A DNA stretch of 64,000 nucleotides, from contig CAWETW010000002.1 of NCBI GenBank assembly GCA_963812155.1, positions 288,001 to 352,000 of the forward strand, given 5' to 3'. The translations under genes were made by a program, and so were the position numbers. Positions within the stretch are counted from its first letter, which is position 1. The number at the start of each line of letters is the position of its first letter. This stretch comes from Vulcanimicrobiota bacterium. GTDB lineage: Bacteria > Vulcanimicrobiota > Vulcanimicrobiia > Vulcanimicrobiales > Vulcanimicrobiaceae. The notes under the pieces are model-generated. The model was not told the DNA's origin, did not search any database, and worked only from the letters and a program-made list of their open reading frames with translations. Below, piece after piece: positions 41,607 through 51,616 of this stretch.

Positions 41607-42544
41607 GCGACGGCGTCGCGCACGTCTCCTCGCGCCAGCGCGTACCCAACCAAACGGTCGACGAGCGCGTCGTACGTAATTCCGGCAGCGCCGCACGCAT
41701 CGGGCAATAGGCTCGTCGGGGTGAGTCCGGGCAGCGAATTGATCTCGAGAATGTACGGCCGGCGGTCTCCGCTGACGATGAAGTCGGTGCGCGAGTAGTC
41801 GCGCAGGCCGAGCAGCCGGTGCGTCGAGAGCGCGAGCATCTGCAGCCGCGCGGCGAGATCGTCGTCGATCTGCGCGGGAGCGACGTGCGTGCTGCCGCCG
41901 GGTTCGTACTTGGCATCGAACGAGTAGAATCCGTCGCGGTTGGCAACGATCTCGACGACCGGGAGCGCTTCTTCGCCCAGCACGCCGCACGTGAACTCGC
42001 GTCCTTCGACGTACTCTTCGGCGAGAATCTGCCCGAACGACTTGGATGCGGCCAGCATGGCCTCCGTCCACTGTTCGTGCGTGCGCACGATCGCAACGCC
42101 GGCCGACGAACCTTCGAAGCGCGGCTTGACCACGAGCGGAAGATCGAGCGACCCGGGAAGCAGCGGCAGCGTGCCGCCGCTCAGATCGAACATATCCCAA
42201 GCCGCGGTCGGCAGTCCCTCGGCCGCCAACAGTTTCTTCGTGAGGTGCTTGTCCATCGCGAGCGACGACGCTTCGACCTCGCTTCCGGTGTACGGAACGC
42301 CGGCATATTCGAGCAGTGCTTGGATGTGGCCGTCTTCACCGCCCGGCCCGTGCAGCGCGTTGAAGACGACGTCGGGACGCATCTCGCGCACCGCCTCGAA
42401 GAACCGGTCGTCGTAGTCGAGCGAAGCGGCATCGTAGCCGAGCGCGCGCAGCGCCCGCATCACGCCTTCACCGCTGAGCATCGAGATCTCGCGTTCGGCA
42501 CTGCTGCCGCCCATGACGACGACGATCTTTGACGTTCGTTTCAT
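41603..42544 (-). CDS. ddl: D-alanine--D-alanine ligase
   Basis: MGGSSAEREIS..SG, NALHG.GGEDG, MDK, KP..EGSS.G, FYSFDAKY, LEINSLPG.T. Confidence 0.96.
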   Translation of the reverse strand: MKRTSKIVVVMGGSSAEREISMLSGEGVMRALRALGYDAASLDYDDRFFEAVREMRPDVVFNALHGPGGEDGHIQALLEYAGVPYTGSEVEASSLAMDKHLTKKLLAAEGLPTAAWDMFDLSGGTLPLLPGSLDLPLVVKPRFEGSSAGVAIVRTHEQWTEAMLAASKSFGQILAEEYVEGREFTCGVLGEEALPVVEIVANRDGFYSFDAKYEPGGSTHVAPAQIDDDLAARLQMLALSTHRLLGLRDYSRTDFIVSGDRRPYILEINSLPGLTPTSLLPDACGAAGITYDALVDRLVGYALARGDVRDAVA

Positions 42545-43494
42545 GCGTCGATGAAGACCCCGACCAAATGCACTTCGAGTTGCAACTCGACCCCGAACCG
42601 TTCGTACACGGCGGAGCGCACGCGCGCGAGCAGCGTCGCGACGTCTTTGGCGCTCGCGCCGCCGACGTTGTTGATGAAGTTCGCGTGCAGCGTCGAGACT
42701 TCCGCGCCGCCTTCGCGCCACCCCTTGGCGCCGGCGGCTTCGATGAGCCGGGCCGCCTTGTCGCCCTCGGGGTTACGAAAGCACGAGCCGGCGTTGGGCA
42801 GGGCGATCGGCTGCGTGTCCTTGCGCCGGACGAGGCGCGCCTGCATCTCCTCGCGGACGGCGCTTGGGTCGTGCCGCGCGAACGCCAGCGTCACGCGCGA
42901 AACGATCGCGTCGCGCGCGAGCGTCGAATGGCGGTAGAAATACTGCAGCGTCACCGGGTGCGCCTCCGGCTTCGCGGGCGACTGCACCCACACGTCGCGA
43001 ACGAAATCGCCGATCTCGCGGTCGGTGCCGGCGTTCATACGCAGCGAGCCGCCGACCGTTCCCGGGATTCCCGAGAGCGAACCGATGCCCGCGGCGCCGG
43101 CGGTCGCGGCCTTTGCCGTCACGGCCGCCATGTTCGCCGACGCGCCCGCCTCGACAACGACCGCGCCGTTTTCGACGCCGACCTCGATTCCGGCAAAATC
43201 GCCGCCGAGACGAATCGCGACGCCGCGCAGGCCGCCGTCGCCGATCAGCATGTTGCTGCCGCTGCCGATCGCCATCCACGGTATCTTGCGTTTGAAGCAC
43301 CAGCGCATCAACGCCTCGAGTTCACCCTCACGGTGTGCGACCACGAACGCGTCGGCCGGACCGCCGATTTTCCAGGAGGTGTGTGGCGCGAGCGGCTCGT
43401 CGAAGGCGGCCCGGCCGGCGAAAATCTCGACCAGCGCCGCGCGATCGCGATCGGTCAGCAGGGAACGCGTCGCTTGTTCGGTGGTCAGACTCAC
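42541..43494 (-). CDS. murB: UDP-N-acetylenolpyruvoylglucosamine reductase
   Basis: TSWKIGGPA, IGSGSNML, GIPGTVGG..MNAG, QP..PNAGSCFRNP, HANFI.N, LEV. Confidence 0.95.
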   Translation of the reverse strand: MSLTTEQATRSLLTDRDRAALVEIFAGRAAFDEPLAPHTSWKIGGPADAFVVAHREGELEALMRWCFKRKIPWMAIGSGSNMLIGDGGLRGVAIRLGGDFAGIEVGVENGAVVVEAGASANMAAVTAKAATAGAAGIGSLSGIPGTVGGSLRMNAGTDREIGDFVRDVWVQSPAKPEAHPVTLQYFYRHSTLARDAIVSRVTLAFARHDPSAVREEMQARLVRRKDTQPIALPNAGSCFRNPEGDKAARLIEAAGAKGWREGGAEVSTLHANFINNVGGASAKDVATLLARVRSAVYERFGVELQLEVHLVGVFIDA

Positions 43495-44868
43495 GCCCGC
43501 ACCGTATCGGAGCGCGCGAGGCGCTCCGCAAGCCGCGCCGCGACGTCGGTCACGTTCCCGGCGCCCAAGAACAGGACGAGCGCGCCCGGCGGCGTTTCCT
43601 CAAAAATCCGTTCCTCCAAATCGTCGACCTGCGTAACGTAGCGCACCTCCGAACCGGCGGCCTCCAGTGGTTCGCCGATCGAGCGTTCGCTGACGCCGGG
43701 AATCGCCGGTTCGGAAGCCGCGTACACCGGCGTGAGATAGACGCGGTCCGCGCCGTGGAGCGCGTCTGCGAAATCGCGCGCGAGAAAAGCGGTGCGCGTG
43801 TAGCGGTGCGGCTGAAAGGCGACGATCAGCGGACCCGAATGAAAGTCGCGCGCCGCCGCGATCGTCGCGCGCACGGCCGTCGGATGGTGCGCGTAATCGT
43901 CCACGACCGTCATGCGCTCGCCCGACACCAGCACGTCGAAGCGGCGCCGCACGCCGCGAAAGCCGTGCAGCGCAGCCGCAATGGCATCGAACGGAAGGTC
44001 GAGTTCGAGCCCGACCGCGACGGCGGCAAGCGCGTTCAGCACGTTGATTTCGCCCGGAACGCGCAAACGAACGTGCCTAGCGTCGCGTCGCGCGCAATCG
44101 CGTCGAAACTCGCGTGTCCGCCTTCGTAACGAACGTTCGCGGCTCGCACGTCCGACGGCGCGACGCCGAACGTGACGGTTCGCGCACGCAACGCATGTTC
44201 GCTCAGCGACGCGCTGCGCGCGTTGTCGATTCCCAGGATCGCCGCGCCTCCGGACGGCAACCGCTCGAGGAATTCCTCGAACGCGCGTACGAGGTGCGGA
44301 AGGTCGTCGTCGCTGGCGAGATGGTCGTTTTCGACGTTCGTGACGACCGCGATCGACGGCTCGAGCAGTGCGAACGAACCGTCGGACTCGTCGGCTTCGG
44401 TCACGAACCACGGCGACGTTCCGTCGTGGGCGTTTGCATCGAGCGTGCGGTCGATGCCGCCCAAGACCAAGCTTGCGTCGATGCCTCCGGCGCGCAAAAC
44501 GGCGTGCGTCATCGCGGTCGTCGTCGTCTTTCCGTGCGTGCCGCAGATCGCAATGCCTCGCCTTCCCGCAATGAGTTGCGCGAGCATCTCGCCGCGGTGG
44601 AGCACCGTCGTGCCGTTTCGGCGCGCGGCGACGCACTCGGGGTTACTGCGATCGATTGCCGAACTGACGACGACCGCGCGTGCACCGCGCACGTTTTCGC
44701 CGCGATGGCCGATCGTCACCGACGCGCCTTCGCGGCGCAGCTCTTCGACCAGCGGCGTTGCCTTCACGTCGGATCCGGTCACGCTTCGCCGCGCGCCAGC
44801 AGGATGCGCGCGATAGCGCTCATGCCGATGCCGCCGATGCCGACGAAGTGGACGGGCTGCTTGGTCAC
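43491..44868 (-). CDS. murC: UDP-N-acetylmuramate--L-alanine ligase, with two apparent 1-nt deletions (about 44783 and 44075)
   Basis: HFVGIGGIGMS, VTGSD, GTHGKTTTT, EADESDGSF and DDYAHHPT..FQPHRYTR are spread over three frames. Confidence 0.9.
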
Positions 44869-45986
44869 CGCTCGTCTTTTCTCGCCGCAAGCCAATCGAC
44901 CCGGGCGAGAATGGTCGCAAGCGGATCTCCGGTTTGCAGGCGGCCCGCCGCGGCGCGCAACGCGCCGAGCGCCGGCTCCTCCGACGCGCGCGCAAACGCG
45001 TGTAGCGCGCCCGCGGGAAGGTCGCCGTCTGCGACGACCACGGCCGCGCCGCTTTCGGCGAAGCGCTGGGCGTTGGTCGTCTGATGATCGTCGGCTGCAA
45101 ACGGATACGGTACGAGAATGGCCGGCTTTCCGACGGCCGTAAGTTCGGCGAGCGTCGAAGCGCCGGCTCTGGCGAGCACGAGGTCGGCTGCGGCGTACGC
45201 CGCGGCCGGATCCTCCAGATATTTCACCACCGCCGCACGGCCGGCGGGCATCGCGGTCACGACGCGTTCGAAATCGTTTTCACCCGTAACGAGCAGCAGT
45301 TGCCAGCCGGGCGCCAACGCGCGCGCGATCGCGATGACGGCGTCGTTGACGCTGCGCGCGCCTTGGCTGCCGCCCATCGCCAGGAGCGTTTTTCGCGCGG
45401 GATCGAGCCCGAGCGATGCGATCGCACCGTCGCGCGACGGCAACGCGCGCAGACTCGCGCGAACGGGAACGCCGGTGCGTACGTACTTGCCGGCGAAACG
45501 CGAGTCCGCGTCGCCGAACGCGCCCCAGACTTCGTCGACGAACGGCGCGAGCATCCGGTTCGTGAGCCCCGGCTTAGCGTTCGGTTCGAGCAGCGCGATG
45601 GCGGCGCGATGCAGTCGCGTCCAGCGCAGCGCGCGCGCCGCGAGCACGGCCGGGAAGCAGACGTATCCTCCAGTGGCGATGACGGCGTCGGGACGATCGC
45701 GCAACAGCAGCGCGAGGCTTTGCAGCGTTCCCACGGCGTTCGCCCACGCCGTTCGGAGGAGATCGAACGAGAGCCGTCGCGTCAGCGCACGAGACGCAAT
45801 CGTGTGCAGGGCGTAACCGGCGCCCGGCACGATGCGTGCTTCGAGCCGGTCGGCGCTGCCGACGAACGCTGCGTGCGCGCCGCGCGCGCGCAGCGCATCG
45901 GCAACCGCAATCGCCGGATAGAGATGTCCGCCCGTGCCTCCGCCGGCAAAGAGGATGCGGCGACCGCCGCCGCCACTAACGTCCAC
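44865..45986 (-). CDS. murG: Lipid II GlcNAc transferase
   Basis: AGGGTGGHLYP, TGGYV, EPNAKPGLTN, GVPVR, GGSQGA, RAGAST, DHQ..NA. Confidence 0.96.
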   Translation of the reverse strand: MDVSGGGGRRILFAGGGTGGHLYPAIAVADALRARGAHAAFVGSADRLEARIVPGAGYALHTIASRALTRRLSFDLLRTAWANAVGTLQSLALLLRDRPDAVIATGGYVCFPAVLAARALRWTRLHRAAIALLEPNAKPGLTNRMLAPFVDEVWGAFGDADSRFAGKYVRTGVPVRASLRALPSRDGAIASLGLDPARKTLLAMGGSQGARSVNDAVIAIARALAPGWQLLLVTGENDFERVVTAMPAGRAAVVKYLEDPAAAYAAADLVLARAGASTLAELTAVGKPAILVPYPFAADDHQTTNAQRFAESGAAVVVADGDLPAGALHAFARASEEPALGALRAAAGRLQTGDPLATILARVDWLAARKDER

Positions 45987-47163
45987 TGAGACGGCGGTGG
46001 CGCCCGACGTTGGCGATCAAAGCCACTGCGACGAGGTTGACGATGAGCGAACTGCCCCCAAAGGAGACGAACGGCAGCGGCACGCCGGTCACCGGCCACG
46101 ACGACGTCACGACGCCGATGTTGATGAAGGCTTGGATCGCGATCATCGCGCCGCAACCGATTGCGAGGAAATACCCGAACCGGTCGGGCGCCGCCAACGC
46201 GATTCGCACGGCGCGATAGGCGAATGCCACGAAGAGCGCCACGACGACGAACGCGCCGACCAGTCCGAGCTCCTCGCCCAGAACCGAGAAGATGAAATCG
46301 GTGTACTGTTCGGGCAGATAGAAGAACTTCGCGCGCGACGCGCCCAGCCCCATGCCGAAGAAGCCGCCGCTGCCGAGCGCGAGCAGCGATTGCACGATGT
46401 GGAAGCCGGTGTTCTGCGGATCCTTCCACGGATTCAGAAACGCGAAGACGCGCGCCCTCCGGTAGGGACTCGCAATGACGCTGACGATGGCAAGCGGCGC
46501 CGTGACCGCCAGAATCGCGACGAGATGAAAGACGCGAGCACCGGCGGCGAAGAACATCGTGAAGGCGACGAACACCAGCAGCGACGCCGTTCCCATGTCG
46601 GGTTCTTTGAGGATGAGCACCGCCATCAGCAGCACCGGAACGCACAGCGGAAAGAGTCCGCGCGTCAACGACGTGATGCGATCGCCGCGATTGGAAAGAA
46701 TCGCCGCGAGATAGACGACCAGCGCGAGTTTCGCGAACTCGGACGGCTCGAGACTCAGCGAGGAGAAACCGATCCACCGGCGTCCACCGTTGACGCCGAC
46801 GCCGACGTGCGGCACGAAGACGAGCAGCAGCCCGGCGAGCGCTGCCACGAGCAGATACGGCGCGGCACGCTTGAGGCGCGCAAGATCCATGCGATACACC
46901 GCAAACGCGGCGATCGACCCGACGAGCAGCCATATCAGTTGGCGTTTGAGATAGTACGCGATGTCGCCGTGCTCGGCGTACGCCGTCGCGCTCGATGCCG
47001 AGAAGACCATGACCAGACCGATGCCTACGAGCGTCGCGACGACGGCGAACAGTACCGCGTCGGGCGCAGCCGTAACAAAGGAACGCACCGGCACGCGGTC
47101 GGCGGCATCGCGCCGCAGTGCGGTGCGGCCGCCCTTCGCGGCACGCGCCGACGCGTTAGGCAC
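45976..47163 (-). CDS. ftsW: SEDS peptidoglycan polymerase FtsW (start uncertain)
   Basis: GLVMVFSAS, NGGRRWI, EPSEFAK, EPDMGT, YLPEQYTDFIFS..GEELG, GVPLPFVSFGGSS. Confidence 0.95.
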   Translation of the reverse strand: MPNASARAAKGGRTALRRDAADRVPVRSFVTAAPDAVLFAVVATLVGIGLVMVFSASSATAYAEHGDIAYYLKRQLIWLLVGSIAAFAVYRMDLARLKRAAPYLLVAALAGLLLVFVPHVGVGVNGGRRWIGFSSLSLEPSEFAKLALVVYLAAILSNRGDRITSLTRGLFPLCVPVLLMAVLILKEPDMGTASLLVFVAFTMFFAAGARVFHLVAILAVTAPLAIVSVIASPYRRARVFAFLNPWKDPQNTGFHIVQSLLALGSGGFFGMGLGASRAKFFYLPEQYTDFIFSVLGEELGLVGAFVVVALFVAFAYRAVRIALAAPDRFGYFLAIGCGAMIAIQAFINIGVVTSSWPVTGVPLPFVSFGGSSLIVNLVAVALIANVGRHRRLSGR

Positions 47164-48559
47164 CGGCCGGCTCCGGCAACGCGGCGACCGCCGCGGCAAA
47201 ACGCTCCCCGCGGTCCTCGGCCGACGCGAACATGTCGAACGATGCGCATGCCGGGGAAAGCAGCACGACGTCGCCCGCTACGCTGAGATCGCGCGCGCGC
47301 CGCACCGCTTCGTCCATCGAAGCCGCTCGCACGCCGGTCACGCCGCGGCTCGCGCTCAGAACGTCGCCGGCAGCTTCGCCGATCGCCACGACCGCTTTCG
47401 CGCGGCGGCGAATCGCGGCGCCGAGTTCGCTGAAACCCGTTCCCTTTGCACGACCGCCCGCGATCAGGACGATCGGACGATCGTAACTGTAGAGCGCCGC
47501 AACGCTCGCGTGGGGATTGGTCGATTTGGAGTCGTCGACGAACAGAACGCCGTCGATTTCCGCGACCGGTTGGAGCCGGTGCGGCATCGGCGCAAACGTG
47601 GCGATTGCCGAACGCAATGCGGCCGGTTCGCAGCCCGCTGCCAGCGACGCCAGCAACGCGGCCATCGCGTTACGCACGTTATGATCGCCCGGCAGTGCGA
47701 TCTCTTCGCGCGGAACGATGGCTCGGGGACGCGGATCGCCGGCAACCGGCGCGTACGTCAGCACTCCGCCGCGCAAGAACATTGCCGCGCGCTCTTCCTG
47801 CGCGCCCAGCGTGAACCAGAGTTGGCGCGCCTGCGCGCGAGCGTTACCGCATCCCCAGTGCAGTTGCGCGATGCGCGGGTCGTCGAGATTGCCGACGAAC
47901 CAATCGGTGAGACTCTGATTGGCGAAGATGCGATACTTCGCTTCCGCATATTCGTCCATCGAATGGTAGCGATCGAGATGATCCGGTGCGACGTTGAGGA
48001 GCACCGCGATACGCGGCTTGAACGATCGAATCGTTTCGAGTTGGAACGACGACACCTCGGCGACCACCCAATCGCGCTCGCTCGCGCCGAGGACTTCCTT
48101 GATCAGCGGATTGCCGATGTTGCCGCCGACGCGAACGCCGAAACCACACTCGCGCAGCAAGTGGGCGATGAGCGCGGTCGTCGTCGACTTGCCCTTCGTT
48201 CCGGTCACGGCCACGATCGGCGCGCGGCATAAACGGTAGGCGAGTTCGATTTCGCCGATCACCGGGACGTTGGCCGCGTTGATCGCTCGTACCACCGGCG
48301 ACGTGGGAGGAACGCCCGGCGACAACACCGCCGACGTCAGGCCGCTCGCAATCGTCGCGACGCCGGACGGCGCGACGAAACGCGCGCCCGTTCCCTCGAT
48401 CGAGGCAATCGCGCGAGTCAGCTCCGCCCAAGGCTTCTCATCGGTTGCGCAGACGTCGACGCCGCGCTCGCGCAATACGTCGACGCAGGCAAGGCCGCTG
48501 CGGCCCAGTCCGATGACGAGCACGCGATCTTGCGGACCGAACGCGAACATCTCGTTCAT
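47156..48559 (-). CDS. murD: UDP-MurNAc-L-Ala--D-glutamate ligase
   Basis: GLGRSG, SPGVP, TGTKGKSTT, GGNIG, EVSSFQL, PDHLDRY, DDSKSTN, LLSPACASFD. Confidence 0.97.
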   Translation of the reverse strand: MNEMFAFGPQDRVLVIGLGRSGLACVDVLRERGVDVCATDEKPWAELTRAIASIEGTGARFVAPSGVATIASGLTSAVLSPGVPPTSPVVRAINAANVPVIGEIELAYRLCRAPIVAVTGTKGKSTTTALIAHLLRECGFGVRVGGNIGNPLIKEVLGASERDWVVAEVSSFQLETIRSFKPRIAVLLNVAPDHLDRYHSMDEYAEAKYRIFANQSLTDWFVGNLDDPRIAQLHWGCGNARAQARQLWFTLGAQEERAAMFLRGGVLTYAPVAGDPRPRAIVPREEIALPGDHNVRNAMAALLASLAAGCEPAALRSAIATFAPMPHRLQPVAEIDGVLFVDDSKSTNPHASVAALYSYDRPIVLIAGGRAKGTGFSELGAAIRRRAKAVVAIGEAAGDVLSASRGVTGVRAASMDEAVRRARDLSVAGDVVLLSPACASFDMFASAEDRGERFAAAVAALPEPAGA

Positions 48560-49530
48560 CGCACCACCGCCAGCCCTACGAGCGAACACACGAGCGAACC
48601 GAGCCAAAAACGCGCCGTGACTTTCGTCTCGGGCCAGCCGCTCAACTCGAAGTGATGGTGCAGCGGACTCATCTTGAAGACGCGCCGGCCGTTGGTGAGC
48701 TTGAAATACGCGACCTGCACGATGACGGACAGCGTTTCGGCGACGAACACGCCGCCGACGAGCAAGAGCAGCAGCATTTCGCCGCTGAGGATGGCGATGC
48801 CCGAGAGCAGCGCGCCCAGTGCGAGCGACCCCGTATCGCCCATGAAGAGTTTGGCCGGATGCCGGTTATAGAAAAGGAAGCCCGCGCAGGCGCCCGCGCC
48901 CGTCGCCGCGGCGATCGCCGCTGCCGGCACGAGTGCCTGCGCCGCGATCGGGACGAAGACCGCCAGCGGCGGCAAGATCGTGCCTGCCGCCAGGCCGTCG
49001 AGTCCGTCGGTCAGATTCACGGCGTGAATCGTTCCGGTAATGGCCGCGATGCCGAGCAACAGCCAGAGCCAGTGCGGCGCGACGAGCGAGTACGAGCCGG
49101 CGTGAAAGAGCACGTCGCGCGGAAAGAAGCTCAACGACGCGTCGATCGCGCGCAGGAAGATTACGGCGACCAGTGCGGTGGCGAGAAACTTCGTGCGGGC
49201 TCGCAATCCGCGGTTGCGCCCCGACCGAATTCCCAGAACGTCGTCGATCGCTCCGACGGCGGCGCAGAGCAGCACCAGCACTCCAAGCGTCTGCACGAGC
49301 GGCAGGCGCGCCGTCAGCATCATTGCGGCGAATGCCGCGACGAAGACGAGGCCGCCCATCGTCGGCGTTCCGGTCTTGCGCTGATGGGTTTCGGGCGCGT
49401 CTTCGTAGGCGTGCTGGAAGACCTCGAGCCGGCGCAGGAGCGGCAGGAGCAGCGCTCCGGCAACGAGTGCGACGACCGCACCGAACACGATCCAGAACGG
49501 CGTTTGCGCAAAAATGACGCGCGCGTTCAC
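48556..49530 (-). CDS. mraY: Phospho-N-acetylmuramoyl-pentapeptide transferase
   Basis: KTGTPTMGG, DD, AVNLTDGLDGL, FMGDTGSL, ETLSVIVQ, MSPLHHHFELSGW.E. Confidence 0.96.
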   Translation of the reverse strand: MNARVIFAQTPFWIVFGAVVALVAGALLLPLLRRLEVFQHAYEDAPETHQRKTGTPTMGGLVFVAAFAAMMLTARLPLVQTLGVLVLLCAAVGAIDDVLGIRSGRNRGLRARTKFLATALVAVIFLRAIDASLSFFPRDVLFHAGSYSLVAPHWLWLLLGIAAITGTIHAVNLTDGLDGLAAGTILPPLAVFVPIAAQALVPAAAIAAATGAGACAGFLFYNRHPAKLFMGDTGSLALGALLSGIAILSGEMLLLLLVGGVFVAETLSVIVQVAYFKLTNGRRVFKMSPLHHHFELSGWPETKVTARFWLGSLVCSLVGLAVVR

Positions 49531-50243
49531 GATGCGGCGCTTTCGAAGAGCGGATTCGGTCCGCGACCACGCCATTTCAGCACGACCAGGGGCGTCTGCT
49601 CGTCGCCGTTGCCGTGCGGATTGTCGAGCAACGCCCGTTCGACCAGCGCGGCGTCCACGCCGGCCGACGCGCCGAGAACCTTTGCTTTTTCGAGATCGTT
49701 GACGTCGACGACCGCGCAGCCGGAACCGGTCCGTTCGAACGCTGACTGCGCGAACGCGGCCGGCTCACGCGGCGCAAAGACGATTGCGCGTTCGTAGGGC
49801 GGCATCGTTCCGGTATACCCGTCGATCGCAGCCAGCGCTCCGCCCATCACTTCATAAAAAGCGCCGCGGCGGCCGAACGCGCGGCCGAAGACGTGTGCGA
49901 GCGTTGCGTAGAGCACTCTGGCACGTCCGGCTTTGTCGATAACGAGCTGCATCGATTCCGGCTGGCTCACCGTCGCCATGGCGTCGGCCCGGCGGCAGAG
50001 CGCATACGCGAGTGCCGATGGCCGCACGTGCTCGGCGGCGACGAACTCGGACTGCGCGATCGCCAATGCCGTCTCGGAAACGGCGATCACGTCGCCGGGT
50101 CTTGCAATGCCCGCCACTGCCTCCGCGACGATGCGCACCAGATCGTCGCCCGGGTTCACGAGCGCCGTGCGCACCGGTATGGCGACGATGCCTTCGGGGA
50201 CGCCTTCGCGTGCGACGGCGAGCGGTCGCGTTGCGACGCTCAC
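49527..50243 (-). CDS. CofE-like (F420-0:gamma-glutamyl ligase family) protein embedded in the dcw cluster
   Basis: IPVRT.LV.PGDDL, PGDVIAVSETALAIAQ, AIDG..G, VVDVND, DNP.G..DEQTPLVV resemble the CofE-like fold; GTGA overlaps with both murF and mraY. Confidence 0.75.
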   Translation of the reverse strand: MSVATRPLAVAREGVPEGIVAIPVRTALVNPGDDLVRIVAEAVAGIARPGDVIAVSETALAIAQSEFVAAEHVRPSALAYALCRRADAMATVSQPESMQLVIDKAGRARVLYATLAHVFGRAFGRRGAFYEVMGGALAAIDGYTGTMPPYERAIVFAPREPAAFAQSAFERTGSGCAVVDVNDLEKAKVLGASAGVDAALVERALLDNPHGNGDEQTPLVVLKWRGRGPNPLFESAAS

Positions 50244-51616
50244 GAGCGCAACTCCGTCAGCACTTCCTCCAGCCGATACTTTCGGGCGCCCTTCAGCAGC
50301 ACGACGTCGCCGCTGCGGACGTTGTCGCGCAGCCAGCGCGCGGCGTCGTGGTTGGACGAAACGCGCACCACGTCGCTGCAGCCTTCGCGCCGAGCGGCGC
50401 GCGCCAGCACCTCGGCATACTCGCCGCCGACGAGCAGCACGCCCGCGCGGCCGGCGGCATGCGCGCCGACGCGCTCGTGCAGCGGCACCGCCTCCGTACC
50501 GAGCTCCGCCATGCTGGCAAGCACGGCGATCGTACGCGACGCCTCTTCGTTCGCCAGCGCGTCCAGGGCCGCGACCATGCCGCCCGGGCTCGCGTTGTAC
50601 GCGTCGTAAATCATTCGCCATCCGCCCGGCATCTCGATCGACTCGTAGCGGCCGGGCGGCAAACGCAGCGCCGGAATCACGTCGCTCATCGCTGCGAGGT
50701 CGGCACCCAGTTCCACCGCTCCGGCCAGTGCCGCTGCGAGATTGGCGGCGTTGTGCGCTCCGGGGAACGCGATGCGAACGTGCCGGTCGAATATGCGGCG
50801 TCCGCCGGCGACGTCGATGAGGTGCGAACGCGCGAGCAGCGCGGTGACGCGCCCGAATCCGCCGGCGTCCGCGCCGGGATCGTCGTCGGCAAGAAACCAG
50901 TGCGGCGAGGCCGGCAACGTCTCGGCCCGAGCGAGCGAAACGGCGTCGCGCGCATTGAGCACCGCCTGCGCGCCGGCGCCGAAGAGCGCCCATTTCATCT
51001 CCGCGATGCGCTCGCGAGACCCGGCAATCTCGAGGTGCGCGTCGCCGACGTTGGTGAGGATCCCGACGTGCGGTCGGGCGATCGCCACGAGTTCGGCGAC
51101 GTCGCCATAACGGCGCGCACCCATTTCGACGACGATCGCGTCGTGCGCTTCGTTGGAGGCGCCCAGCAGCAGTCTGCTTACGCCGATTTCGTTGTTCTCG
51201 TTGGCCGGCGCCACGGCAATTCGTTCGCCGTAATGCGCCGTCAACAACTGCGCGGCGAAGACTTTGCAGGTCGTCTTGCCGGCGCTCCCCGTGATCGCGA
51301 GGATGCGTCCTTCGAATCGTTCGCGGGCCAGCGCGGCCAGCGCCATGTAGGCGCGCAGCGTATCCTCGACGACCATCGTAGCGACGCCGTCGCAGCGCGC
51401 ATCGGCGCGATCGACGACGATCATGTGGGCACCGCGCGCAACGGCGTCTGCGACGAAGTCGTGTCCGTCGAAACGCTCGCCGTGCAGCGCCAGGAACGTG
51501 TCGCCCGCATCGGTGCTGCGCGTGTCGGTCGAGACGCGTACCCGCGCCGGCGCGAACTGCGGATCGAGCAGGGTCGCCGACGTTGCCGCGACCGCGTCGT
51601 CGAGCGGCAGGTTCAT
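50240..51616 (-). CDS. murF: UDP-MurNAc-tripeptide--D-Ala-D-Ala ligase
   Basis: STDTR, GERFDGH, ITGSAGKTT, NENNEIGV, EMG, AHLE, DAYNASP, M.ELG, LLKGAR. Confidence 0.96.
   Translation of the reverse strand: MNLPLDDAVAATSATLLDPQFAPARVRVSTDTRSTDAGDTFLALHGERFDGHDFVADAVARGAHMIVVDRADARCDGVATMVVEDTLRAYMALAALARERFEGRILAITGSAGKTTCKVFAAQLLTAHYGERIAVAPANENNEIGVSRLLLGASNEAHDAIVVEMGARRYGDVAELVAIARPHVGILTNVGDAHLEIAGSRERIAEMKWALFGAGAQAVLNARDAVSLARAETLPASPHWFLADDDPGADAGGFGRVTALLARSHLIDVAGGRRIFDRHVRIAFPGAHNAANLAAALAGAVELGADLAAMSDVIPALRLPPGRYESIEMPGGWRMIYDAYNASPGGMVAALDALANEEASRTIAVLASMAELGTEAVPLHERVGAHAAGRAGVLLVGGEYAEVLARAARREGCSDVVRVSSNHDAARWLRDNVRSGDVVLLKGARKYRLEEVLTELRS

Noticed and set aside
41603..42544. 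D-Ala-D-Lac (vancomycin-resistance type) ligase
   Set aside because: The omega loop reads FYSFDAKY, keeping the Tyr typical of D-Ala-D-Ala ligases; no vanH or vanX nearby.
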